Below, in pieces: positions 38,064 to 49,749 of a DNA stretch of 64,000 bases; the first letter of the stretch is position 1, and each line of letters starts with the position of its first letter. The position numbers were made by a program, and so were the translations under genes. This DNA is from Lama guanicoe (Eukaryota): the NCBI GenBank assembly GCA_013239625.1, contig MU054323.1:11243815-11307814 (forward strand), written 5' to 3'. The notes under the pieces were generated by a model. It did not search any database and was not told the origin of the DNA. It worked only from the letters and a program-made list of their open reading frames with translations.

Positions 38064-38325
38064 ACTGAGAACATAGTTTTCTGGCCTTTGGTCCAATACT
38101 CTTTCCACCCTAGTATCTCATATTTATTTGCTCATTCATACATTTATCTGTCCAACAAACATTCATTGCCTACCTACTACAGGAGAGGCCCCATGCTAAA
38201 TACTGGGGATTCAGGTATAGTCACTCTTTCAACTGGGCTCCATCAGGCCTATGGCTGTGCTGTTGCAGGTGTGTTCAGAAACCCAGGTATGGGCCCCAAC
38301 AACTGCACTCCAGCCTCTGTCCTAG

Positions 38326-38485
38326 ATCGATGATTCTCAATCTTGAATGCACTTAGAATTGCCGGGAGAGCTTTTAAAAAATATCAGTGCCCAGGCCCCA
38401 CCCCAAACCAATACAATTATAACCTCTGCTGTTTTAAAAGCTCCCTGGGTGATTCTAATGTGTAGCCAAAGTTCAGAACCGCAGT
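38326..38485. mobile_element. MER5A hAT-Charlie DNA transposon
   Basis: gattctcaatcttg...agctccctgggtgattctaatgtgtagccaaagttcagaaccgc. Confidence 0.85.
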
Positions 38486-39169
38486 TCTTGGGAGCAAGCA
38501 CAAAGCGTGAGCACTTCAGCTACTTTATGGGAAGCAGCAGCTGCAAATATCTGATGATAGACTGATGGTAACAGCGCTCTTCTGAACTCTGGTCTTGAAC
38601 AGCCTGAGCCCAGAGATTCCTCTTTTGTCATCAGACGCTCTCTGAGGGGTGGGAATTGAGTGTGGTAGATGACTTTGTACTACATTGGTCTAGGATAGTG
38701 AGTGTTCCAGGCACAGCCCCGATCTGTGCCTCAACCTCATGCTGGAGAGAACTTGCTCTAAATATAAGGGCTTTGCTTAGCTCTCCATCACCATGACTAT
38801 TTTCTGTGTATTTATTATACAAGTAGAGGTATATGGGTAGAAGGAACTGAGAAGAACTAGAGGATCTTATCCAAGCTCAGGCTTGAACTAGCTAAGAAAC
38901 TGAATCCCAGAGAGGGGAAATGACTTGAAACAATTAAGGAACAATGCAAAACAGGACATGATTCAGTGCCAAAACGTGGCTGCAGGCCAACACTGCCTAC
39001 TCCCAGTGCTTTTGAGGACTAATGGTTCGCCATGGATCGTGGCGTACTAGCACTTTCTTTCTAGGTTGATTGACGTTCACATTTTCATCTCCCCTGAGGC
39101 GTTTAGCTGGAGCAATTTCATAAGCCAAATTAGATAAAGGTGGGCAGGAGAGGAAGAAGGGAAAAGAAA

Positions 39170-39350
39170 GCAACGTCTATATGCCAAGCATCTCTTGCGT
39201 GTGTCCACGCCTCGCAACAGCTCCACAAGGCACAAACTCTTTATTACTCTCATTAGGAAACTGAGGCTCAGAAAAGTTAAACTAATTTGCCTCAGATCCT
39301 GGATTTTGGGGCAGTGGAACTTGACTGTGTCTGGCTCTTTCTGCTATGTT
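39170..39350 (-). mobile_element. MIR SINE
   Basis: aggaaactgaggctcagaaaagttaa core. Confidence 0.8.
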
Positions 39351-40331
39351 TACCATTTATGAAACCATGACTATAAATCTTAAATTCACTTTATGTTGGT
39401 AGCTTGTCTGTAGTTCTATGAACTGGATAGGGCTTTATGGTGACACACTGAGGACTGCAGCATCTGTGACCTGCCTCTTTTCTTTCTCATTATACTTTTG
39501 ATTTATTTATTTCTATTTCTCTAATTTAATTGAGGTGACTGACATAAGCAGAATATAATCATCTAACATGCCTGGCCTTGGGTGGGAGAGATAGAAGGAT
39601 CAAGAAAGAGGAAATGAATCCCAGGTGAATACTACAACCTGAGTCAGAAACGTAGGACAGCCCCATCAAGGACACAGTATCCCATGGAGAATTCTGGTGG
39701 AAATTGTAAATGTGGACCTTTTTTTCAAGACATTTTCTCTAGGAATGGAAGACGCTGTCTTCTAAACACACAATTACATAAATGCTGGAAACATGGGTAC
39801 ATTTTCTTTTAAGGAAATGCTGGAAACAGGTTTGGGTTTCCTGGCCAGCTGGAAGAACTGTCCTGTTTTATCTCACCACTGCGGACCAAGTGTGGTAGAT
39901 CAGTCAAAAGGGCTTTGTGACGTTGGGTGCAACAATCATTATTTATATCATTGTTAACAAGGTTGGGGCAGCTTCCACACACTTGCCTGCTCTTACGTAT
40001 TCATGGGCATTTTCTCGCAACACCAGGCGACAAAAGGAACCAGCCTAGATTTCTGAGAGATCCGAATAACACACTTAGGGCTGATCCTGTGTGTTGATTT
40101 GCATTTTAGAGTCTGAAAAATTCCTGGCTGAGAATACCTGATGGATCTTTTGACTACCCTGTTGGATTCATTTGGTATCTTTCTCTCTGTCTTATGAAGA
40201 AAATGGTGATTTTCAGGTTCTGTGAAACAAAAACTCTGGCTAATCAGTAAGCCTAAAAGGAGAAAGGGAAGGAAATGACCATTTATTGAGCTCTACCATG
40301 GACTCATAGCTCTAAGGGGCAAGTCTTAGCT

Positions 40332-40460
40332 GGGGGAGAGTATAGCTCAGTGGTAGAATGCATACCTAGCATGTGCAAGGTCCTGGGTTCAATCCCTAGT
40401 ACTGCCATTAAAATATATAAATAAATCTAATTACCCCCCTCCCCCCATTTTTAAAAAAAA
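40332..40460 (+). mobile_element. tRNA-derived SINE (Vic-1-like)
   Basis: ggggagagtatagctcagtggtagaatg (A box)...gtcctgggttcaatccc (B box), followed by an AT-rich segment and an A tail. Confidence 0.88.
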
Positions 40461-40619
40461 TCCAAATATAGGGAAGAGAGGATGAAGGAAAGGAAACTTG
40501 ATCACAGGCACCCGTTTCGGCATCAGACGAACTGACCTGGGTGTGCATATTGGTTACATCACTGCCTAGTTATGTAAACTTGGCCAAAGTCCCTGAGCCT
40601 CAAGGTGATTTTCTCATTT

Positions 40620-40855
40620 AATTTTTGAACAACTTTATTGAGGTACAATTGACATACAGCTTACTGCATGTATTTATTTGAGGTATACAATTTTATGATA
40701 AGTTTTGATATATGTATGGTATACCCAGAAAGCCATCACTCGATCAAGATAGTCACATCACCCCCCAAAATTTTCTCATGCTCTTTTGCAGGACCCTCTT
40801 TTCTATTCCTCTCCACCCTGGTCCCCAGCGACCACTGAGCTGCTTTCTGCCTCAG
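40620..40855 (-). mobile_element. L1MB-like 3' end
   Basis: aactttattgaggtacaattgacatac...ccatcact...atcaagatag. Confidence 0.8.
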
Positions 40856-40857
40856 TC

Positions 40858-41810
40858 AGGTAGGCAAAAATAACAGCCCCCCTCCCAAAGACGTCCATGT
40901 CCTAATCCCCTGAATGCGTGAGTCTGTTACCTTAAAGGCAATGGGACTTTGCTGATAAGATTCTCCTGGGCCCAATGTAATCCCAAGGGAAAGAGGGAAA
41001 GAGGGAGGGAGGTAGGAGGGTCAGAGTCAAAGGAGATGTGATAATAGTCAGTGAGAGACCTAAAGATGATACTCTGCTGGCTGTGAAGATGGAAGAAGAA
41101 GCCACAAGCCAAGGAATTTAGGTGGCCTTTAAAAGCTGGTAAAGGCAAGGAAATGGATCCTCCCTTAGATTCCAGAAGGATGCAGCGTGCAGGAATATTG
41201 ACACCATGATTTTAGCTCAGTGAAACCCAGTGTGATAGGCTGGATAATGGGCATCAAAAATACCCAGCCCTAATTCCTTTTTTTTTTTTTTAATGGAGGT
41301 ACTGGGGATTGAACTCAGGACTTCGTGCATGCTAAACATGTGTACCACCACTGAGCTATAATCACCCTCGCACCACCCCCCAGCCCTAATTCTTGTAACC
41401 ATATGGCAAAAGGGACTTTGAAATTATAATTAAATTAAGAATTTTGAATTGAGAAGATTATCTTGGATTGTTTGGGCAGGCCTTAAATATAATCACAAGT
41501 GTCTTGAAAGAGGAAGGCAGAGAGAGATGTTTTTACTACAGAGGGAGAAAGTGATGAGATACTGGAAGCAGAGATTAGAGTCATGTGTTTGAAGGTAGAG
41601 GAAAGGGCCAAAAACCAAGACAGTCACTAGAAGCTGAAAAAAGCAAGGAAACAGATTCTCCCCTCAGATCCTCCAGGAGGGACCAGCACTGCCAGTAAAA
41701 ATGATTTTGGACTTCTGATCTCTAGATTGTCAGAGAATGATTTTGTGTTGTTTCAAACCACTAAGTTTGTAGAAATCTGTTAGAGCAGCAATAGGAATGA
41801 AAGCACTGAG
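40858..41810 (+). mobile_element. Two juxtaposed MLT1 (MLT1C/D-like) LTR segments
   Basis: cccaaagacgtccatgtcctaatcccc...aaaggcaaggaaatggat (40858-41230), then a second start tgtgataggctggataatgg...aagcaaggaaacagattctcccctc...ctaagtttgt...agcagcaatagga (41231-41810). Confidence 0.85.
41277..41378 (-). mobile_element. tRNA-derived SINE (Vic-1-like) nested in MLT1, 14-bp TSD
   Basis: cccagccctaattc at 41263-41276 and 41379-41392. Poly-T is followed by ggaggtactggggattgaactcagg. Confidence 0.92.
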
Positions 41811-42184
41811 CCTAAGTTTCACTGTAAAATGAGGACAGTATATCATTTCTGGGGTTATAATAAAATTAGTTTAGGGGAGATGGAGTTCTTTTCCTATAAT
41901 GCCCCTTATTCCTTTCCCCTCACCCTCAAGCATGTGGTCTTTGACATAAGTTGTACAAACAGAGGTGGCCAGTACCAGCGGGGAAGGGTTGGTTTGTCCT
42001 GTAGGAGCTCTAGTGGGGAGACCATGGGACATAAGAGCCTATAGTAGGAAGCACAGTAAGACCTGACCAATTGTAGTCCAGGACCAATATGCTCACAGAA
42101 CTTGTCCCTGGGTAAAGAGGGCAAATAGAAACTCACTGAAGGAAGTAGATCATGGGGAAGGGTTTTGTTATAAAATGTAGGTTT

Positions 42185-42686
42185 TGTTATTATTCGGGTA
42201 AGGTGAGGTCAAGATAAGAAGACTGCCATTGAAAAGATAATTTCTTCCTCACAGTTCCCAAGAGGAGAGGGCACTGTGTACCACAGAGCAGACACATGGG
42301 GAAGCACTGGGTTCAGTCAGGAGGCAGAAGGAGTGGGAAGAAAACACGGGCAAAAGCTTTTATCGTGGTTTCCATGGGAAGGAAGAGAGGTTGAGGAACG
42401 GTTTAGGACTGGTTGGTTTGAATACTTTCAGCAGGCTCTGGGGTACAGGGGCTGTTCCAACTTGTCTGGAACCTGGCCTTGGGGATTAGGGCAGAGAAAA
42501 TTGCCTAGAGTGTCAGAGCCAGATGGAAGAGGTGTGTGTGTTGAAGGAGGTGGTGGGTGAGCTCTGGATGATTAGTTGCATAGAAAAAAACACACTCCCA
42601 GGCAAGTTGTTTGCTTTCTCTAGGAATGATGATCCAAATGCTGGAGCATGAAGAATACAGAAAATAAGAAAATATAGTTAATACAG
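42185..42686 (-). mobile_element. MER74-like ERVL solo LTR
   Basis: The reverse complement begins tgtattaactatattttcttattttctgtattctt...attcctagagaaagcaaacaacttgcc. Confidence 0.7.
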
Positions 42687-42909
42687 TTTTCTGGATGGCC
42701 ATCCCAAACCATTTATGTGAACATCAGGGGAGATGCACTGGGGTCATAAATAGGTGTTGAAAGAATTTGGGTTGGGCCTCAAAGTTTATTACTACTTAGA
42801 AAAATAATAGGGAAGAGGTAACAGACAGTTCTCAGTGGAAGACAGCATGAGTAATTTCTCAGAGTGACAACTGGGCAGAAGGTTCACCTATAGCATAGAA
42901 TGGGACAGA

Positions 42910-43422
42910 CCCTTGGTTGGCTACTCAATTTCTATTCCCAATCCTCCTTTCTTCTGACAACTCCCCCTACGAAGTCTAGAAAGTCAGATGTTTCCTTTCC
43001 CACACTTCTTATAGATGTGGCCATGTGACTTGAGTTCTGGCCACTGGGACAATAGTGGACACTTATTGGGGAGTTTCTGGGAAGGTTTTTTCTTCCTGGG
43101 TAAAAAGATTTTCTCACAAGGAGAACGCCTTTTCCTCTGTTTACTGTTCCCTGTCTTCGGATATGATTGTGACACCTGGAGTTGTGGCAACCATATTGTG
43201 GCTATGAGGTAATGAGCATGACAATTTAAAGTCAACATACTAAGGAAAGCAGGGCAGAAAGATGAAAAAAAGTTGGGTCCTTGCTGTCATCCTTGAGTGA
43301 TAGAACCAATTCTGAGACTGCCTACCTCTACACTCTAAGTAATAATAAATATCCTTGCAGTTTAAGCCATTATAACTTGAGTTTCTGATGATACAAAACA
43401 GCTGAAAGCACTCCTTACTGAT
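42910..43422 (+). mobile_element. MLT1 (I/J-like) LTR
   Basis: gtggccatgtgacttgagttctggcca...tttaagcca...gcactccttactgata. Confidence 0.75.
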
Positions 43423-43541
43423 AAAGAGGGTTTACGTTAAATAGTAGTAGGAGAAAGGTTTATGACTATGTTGGATGAGTGGCTAGATTTGCTTTCTGGC
43501 GTTTTAAATCTTTTCAGCCTAAGTGAAATTTTGGTCCATCA

Positions 43542-44015
43542 ATGTATCAGTCAGGATTTTGGCGTATAATACATTCAGAAGAGATGATTAGAAAGAGTTA
43601 AAGGGATTATTACAAAGCTGGAATCAGGATTAAGGGAAATTAACAGAGCATGATGAAGTACCCTGGAGCTAGAAATAATAAATTAAAAATACATTATGCT
43701 GCCACACAGTGTGTCCTGCCCAAGGGGCAGGAAGGGAGAGGGTCCCAGAACTCAGTGAAAGCTGAGATGTCCAAGAGGAGCTATGGCCTTAGATGGAGTC
43801 TAAAGCCACGGCCATCCTGAAATCCCACAGGGAGGGAGTCAGGGGAACATCACCTTGATCTTTTTCTCAGTCCATCCTGCAGAATTCTTCCAGTGCCTCC
43901 TGCTGGCTAACTGCCAGGGACAAAGGGCCAAGGAGCGAGGAGATACAAGCTGGACCAGTCAGCATAAAATGTGTGTGTGCATGGAGTGGAGGGCAGTTAG
44001 AGGGGCAAAAAGAGA
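43542..44015 (-). mobile_element. Old MaLR/ERVL LTR remnant
   Basis: Starts tgtatcagtcagga and contains gggattattacaaag...gatgaagtaccctggagctag, as in ancient MLT1M/N-type LTRs. Confidence 0.5.
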
Positions 44016-44921
44016 ACAATCAGAATTTGACTGCATCACTGATTTGCGTTAATGTCACTTTTAAGCTACACATTCTAGCGCCAACATTCCTGAACTAGTG
44101 AACACTCAGTTGCCTTCTCAGGAAATCAAAACCTTTGATTTCAAATATCTTTTGAATTCTGGAATGTCACTGGGTAACAAAGAGTATGCTAAGTCTCAGC
44201 CACAGGGAACCTGTGGGCTCTAAGAAATGGGTTGCTCCAGGTCTCCAGTGAAGTATCTGTGGCCTCTGCCAGCACTGGGCTGCCTGTTCCCTCTACTCAT
44301 TACCACGGAGGAGAATTGTTCCAGTGTTATTGGCAGCAGCTTACTTGGCTCTCTTCTGAGGTCTGTTATTGAGGACAGATTTTACCTTATTACTATCACA
44401 TTTTGAAGAGGTGGAAGCCATTACATAGGCATGGAGAGTACCCCAATAATAATAAAAGCGCAGTGAGAACGAGGGCTTGGGATTTCCTGCTTGTCACAGT
44501 GCCTCCCTGAGCACTGCAGAGTGTGCCCTATTAAATGTGACTGTGAAGGTGATGGTGCATGAGGTTGAGCAATTCATCAGCTGTGGAACTCTGCTGCTGG
44601 AGTCAGGGAGGATTCAGGGACTTGCGGGAAAATTACCCTTGTGGGCAGCTTAACACCATCTCTTAAGCTCATGGGCACATCAGCGGGGCTTGTAATATTT
44701 TTCCTCCCCCAAATTAAAACGGTAATATGTACATCTGGCTCAGATTCAGTCAGTATGAAAAGGAATGCGTCGATCTGTCAGTTGACTGGTGTCTCATTTC
44801 TCCTCCCAGAGGCAACTCCAGCGGTGGTTTCTTGCACAGCCTTCCCAGATATTCTAGGCATGTATGCTCATATATCTATTCTTTTAAAAAGCTGACCTTT
44901 ACTTAGTACTTATGTTGTGTC

Positions 44922-45355
44922 TGTAGTGGATGCTGTCAGTGCCCCACTTAGAGGGGGCACTGATCTCCCTGTTGCTGTGAGCACTGGCAGCTGAGGGGTC
45001 ACGGCTTCCCTCGTTCTCCAAGGACTCTCCTCAGCCAAATAGGAGCTGCCTTACCAGCTGGTTATGCAACCCCACTCTCAGGCAGCCTGCAGTCAATAAC
45101 TGACTATGTAGGAAAACAAGAGGCTGGCCCCCTTGTGTCAAGGTTGAATACTCCTGTGGTATAATTCATGCTCCAGAGCTTCTGTGAGATCAGGCTGAAG
45201 CTAATCTCCAGCTGAGACGATGTTCTTACTTAATTTTTCCCTCCTGCCCTGTACCCTGCTTTTATTACTTCCCTTCTCCTGAGAGCACTTCTTCAAAGAA
45301 TCATCTACACAAGGGTCCTTGTTTCAGGTGCTGCTTCTAGGAAGCCTTCTTAAGG
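44922..45355 (+). mobile_element. LTR16-family ERVL 5' LTR
   Basis: tgtagtggatgctgt...ggcccccttgtgtcaagg...aattcatgctccagagc...gatcaggctgaagcta...ctgcttctagg. Confidence 0.85.
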
Positions 45356-48300
45356 GAGTTGGTTCTAGAAAACAGACTCCAAACATGGGACTCTGAAGAG
45401 AAACCATTTGATGGTAGGATGGTGATGAGGATGCATCCGTCACTAGTTACAGGGGGAATACTGACTGCTCCTGATGTGCTGTGGTGTGGCAGATTGCTTC
45501 CAGTGAACCAGGAAAGGATGCAGATGAAAGAGGATGTACTTGCTGGGGCATCATCTCTGGTGTTTGGGAGATATGGGGCAAATTAGTATCTACAAGGATT
45601 GTGGAACTGGGTGACTGTTGCTAAGCAAGCTCCCTGTGAGAATTGGAAGGCTTGTTTAGAAACATTTAAAGAGATTCTTACCTGCGGCCAGGGGATAGCC
45701 AGAGCCGAAGATCAGACTTAGGGCTTAGATGTAAGAGTGGCAGAACTTCAGAGAAGGCTGATTCTCAGCTTAGGCAAATCTCCAATGTCAAGGTCGGAGT
45801 CTTCATACGGAAGAAGTAGAACCCCGGGAAGACAAGGGATAACATATGCTGGCCAGGCTGTGAACTGTTGTACTGTTGGTGGGGATGTAAACTGGTATAG
45901 CCAGTGTGGGAAACAGTATAGGGATGACTCAAAAGATTAAAAATAGGACTACCATATGAGTCAGCAATTCCACTCCTGAATATATATCCAAAGGAAATGA
46001 AATAACTATCTCAAAGAGATACCTGAACCCCCATGTTCATTGCAGCATTATTTCCAATAGCCAAGACATGGAAACAACTTGAGCGTCCATCAACAGATGA
46101 ATGAATAAAGAAAATGTTGTATTAATATTATCCAGCCATAAAAAGAAGGAAATCCTGCCATTTGCAAGAACATAGATGAACCTGAGGGCATTATGCTAAG
46201 TGAAATAAGTCAGACAGAGAAGGACAAATACCGTATGATCTCACTCATATGTGGAATCTAAAAATAACAAACTCATAAAAACAGAGAGAACGGTGGTTGC
46301 CAGAGGTTGGGGGAGGTGTGGACTGGGGAAAATAAATGAAGGTGGTGAAAGGGTACAAACTTCCAGTTACAAGATAAATAAGTTCTGGGGACCTAATATA
46401 CAACCTGGTGACTATAGTTAATAGTACTGTGCTGTGTACTTGAAAGTTGCCAAGAGAGTAGATTTTAAAAGTTCTTACCACACAGACACACACACACAGA
46501 CACACACACACACACTCGAGATGATAGATGTGTCAACTAACCTTCTTGTGGTCGTCATTTTGTGATATATATGTATCACATATGTACACACGTTGTATAA
46601 AACTTACATAATGTTATAAGTCAATTATATCTCAATAAAGCTGGAAAAAAACCCTTGAGACTTGGGGTTGGGCCACCTGAGTAGATGCACTTGAGAATCT
46701 TGAAGCCTCAGATTCCCTGAACTATCTGGGCCTGCAAAACCTCTCTGCCTTGTTGGAAGATAGAGGCAACCCTTCCTTAAAATGGGCCAAATCTCCCCTT
46801 GACGTGCCCAGGAAAGTTCTGGGGCTATAAAAAAGAGAAAGGATTATGTACAGCCCCTACAGGGACTGTAGGACCTGACTCACAGCAGGGAAATTCTGCC
46901 TATGTGTGGATCCTGAGGTATTGGATTAAGGAATTAAGGGGACAGAGAATATAAAGCTGGTTTAGGGAAATTTGCCAACAAGAGGCACATTCCTATGGAA
47001 TAGTATTTACTAACATGGCAGGAGCTCTGGAACCCAGTTCTAATATATTTCTGGGATGGTTCTTGGAAGTTGGGAGAAGAAATGACCACATTAAATAAAG
47101 CAGAGATACCAGAACTGTCATGGCAGAATGTGGACCTAGGAATCAAAGATCTCCAAGAAGTAAGCATGCTAAAATGCATCAACCAAATAAGACCAGAAAT
47201 CTTTCAGCAGGCTATGTTCTTCAGATGACTTCAGAGACCTGGATGACTATTAGAGTGATAGAGAATGCTCTGGAAAGAGCACCAGCATCATTGGGAAGCT
47301 TGGTGGTATTTGTCCTCTGCAGACGATGGTTCACAATGGAAGAAACTGTTACAGAACAGGATCTTCTAGCAGCAATGGAGATGACAGGATCCTAGAATTA
47401 GCAGAGACAACTGTGAGAAGCAATGGAGACCTGGTTACCATAATGGACAGTAAGGATGAAGTGGCAGGCAGGAAGACTGACCTGACCTATGGCAGTGTCT
47501 AGTGGTACACAGTATTTCTAGGGACAAGACCGATGGACAGCCAGAAAGGGTCCTGCTAAGCATATAATGGGAAGAGACTAAGAAAGGATGAGCAGAAGGC
47601 TGGGGTCAACATCACTCCATGGGAAAGTCATAATAACTTGCCTGATTTAAAGACCTGAGCCTATTCTCAAACCTAGAATTTACGGACAAAAGGAGAGACT
47701 AGGTGTCTAGAAAGAAGAACCTGGAACATCAGGGCAAGTATATACAGATTTCTTCAGTCCTTCTCCGAAGTGATTTATGATTATTTTCCTGGATAACTAT
47801 AGACTGGGGAGAGAGGTAAACCCTGATATTGTGAGGGATGTTAGATACAGGGTCTAAGTTGATGGGGATTCCCAGGAGTCCAAAGCACCATCGTGGCCCC
47901 CCTGTTAGAGGAGGGGGCATATTGGAGTCAGATAATAAATGGAGTGGGGCATATTGGAGTCAGATAATAAATGGAGTCTTCACCCAGGTCTGTCTCACAA
48001 TGGATCCACTGGCTCCTCTTACCAACTTAGTGATTGTTTCCTTGATTTCCAAATGTATGATTAGAACGGACATAGTTAGCAGTTGACAAAATCCTCACAT
48101 TGGCCCTGAGTCTGTGGAGTAAGAACTATTGTAGTAGGAAAACCAAGTGGAGCACCTGGAAACACTTCACTCCCACCCCAACCGAGACAGTAAACCAAAA
48201 CAATATCATATCCAGAGGAAAATACCATTCACATGTGACAAAACATTATACGTTTACAGTCCTGCTCTAGGGCTATGTTTATTTTCCTGTTTTCTGTCAT

Positions 48301-48735
48301 CATATATTCCAAAGGGACCTGGACCATCTGGCCATTCCACAGATGGTCTATCATATTGAAATATCATGTTACTTGGACCTGACAAGTAAGAAATGCAAGT
48401 AATCTGGATGTCTCAATGAGACACATAATTTCCAAAGGATGGATAAATGCCATAGAAATTCAGAAGACCCCTGCATTGATGAAAATCTTAAATGACAATT
48501 ACTACTTTTAAGATGTTGATACAGTTTTAGATTGACGAGAGCGATGCAAAAAGAAAACTGAGATTTTCCATACACTTCACCCAGTTGCCCCTAATGTTAA
48601 CATTTTATATAAGCGTAGAACATATATCAAAGCTAAGAAAATAGCCTTGGTACAATACTATTACCTAAAGCACAGACCTTATGTAGACGGTGAAGTGGTC
48701 CAATGGTCTGGGGCATGCCAGGACATTTCCTCCAA
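45356..48735 (+). mobile_element. ERVL internal region (ERV3-16A3-like) with degenerate gag, protease and RT
   Basis: ORF 47838-48086 reads MLDTGSKLMGIPRSPKHHRGPPVR...QIINGV, an ERVL aspartic protease DTG motif. About 48346-48385 resembles the RT segment VHYIDDIMLIGPD with a frameshift. The region directly follows LTR16. Confidence 0.85.
45828..46651 (+). mobile_element. L1MA-like 3' part nested in ERVL internal region
   Basis: ctgttggtggggatgtaaactgg...cagcaattccactcctg...gggcattatgctaagtgaaataagtcag...atatctcaataaagctggaaaaa. Confidence 0.92.
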
Positions 48736-48900
48736 AATTTCTGGTGTACAGCACAATACTTCTGTCATATAGGAACATACATATATTCGTTTTCATGTTC
48801 TCTTTCACCATAAGTTACTACAAGATATTGAATATAGTTCCCTGTGCTATACAGTATGAACTTGCTGGTTATCTATTATATATGTATGTTAGTATCTGCT
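48500..48900 (-). mobile_element. Two L1 3'-end fragments (old L1MC/D-like at 48500-48690, young at 48737-48900)
   Basis: ttccatacacttcacccag...aatgttaacatttta, and tttctggtgtacagc...ttgaatatagttccctgtgctatacag. Confidence 0.75.
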
Positions 48901-49749
48901 AGCCATCTTATTTTAAAGATAAAAAACAAGGCCTAAGGTTACAGGGGTAATTGGCAGAGTTGGCTTTTGTATTGGGTTTCCCTTATCTTCATTTTCTAAC
49001 ACAATTTCAGCATATCTTAAATATTTCAATATTTCTGAACAAAATTGGAGAGGTTGTGAAGCTGACTTAGATCAAGAGCACAGGAACTTTTGATTCACAG
49101 AGAATTCTGAGGTATAATTTAGCTATATGGAAGCTATGCATCCAAAACCTAGATGTCTATTATTATTACACTACAAATTTTGTGAGGGCAGGAATCTTGT
49201 ACTTCCAAAAAAAAAAAAATATTCACACCCCTCCCCCGCCATGCTTTGTTGAATAAACGAATAAAATACATAAATACACGTGAATAACTGATGAGTGGCT
49301 ATGTGTGAGTGTGGCTATATGCATTTTGTTTAGGATTTTATTTCAGTGAGTCTTTGTTGAAGGTTAACAGGAGGAAGGCACTGTATACGGAAATCAAAGG
49401 AGATTTAACCACAGTCCCCACCATTACGGAGCTTTAGGAGGTTAGGAGACAGACATACCACAGTAGAAAGTGGTGAATGCATTTTCTGAGGGTCATGATG
49501 CAAGTGTTGAGGATGCTCAGAGGAGGGAAAGTCTCCCTAGGTTTGGGGAAACATTTCGTGCTAGGGGAGAGCTCGGGGTCGCGCATCAGGAACCTGAGCG
49601 CTAGAACTGGTTCTACTACTGCTTTTCCTCGTGGATTAGGTTTGTAAATTAAACTCCCCAGATTTCTATTTTCACCCTGATATCCTAGGTGTTGGTCGGA
49701 TCAATAGGTTCCCTGGGACAATGCCTTCTGAGATTTCCTACTCCTATTG

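Noticed and set aside
40332..40405. tRNA-like sequence with A and B boxes
   Set aside because: It has an AT-rich/poly-A tail and diverged sibling copies, one with a TSD, so it is a SINE rather than a tRNA gene.
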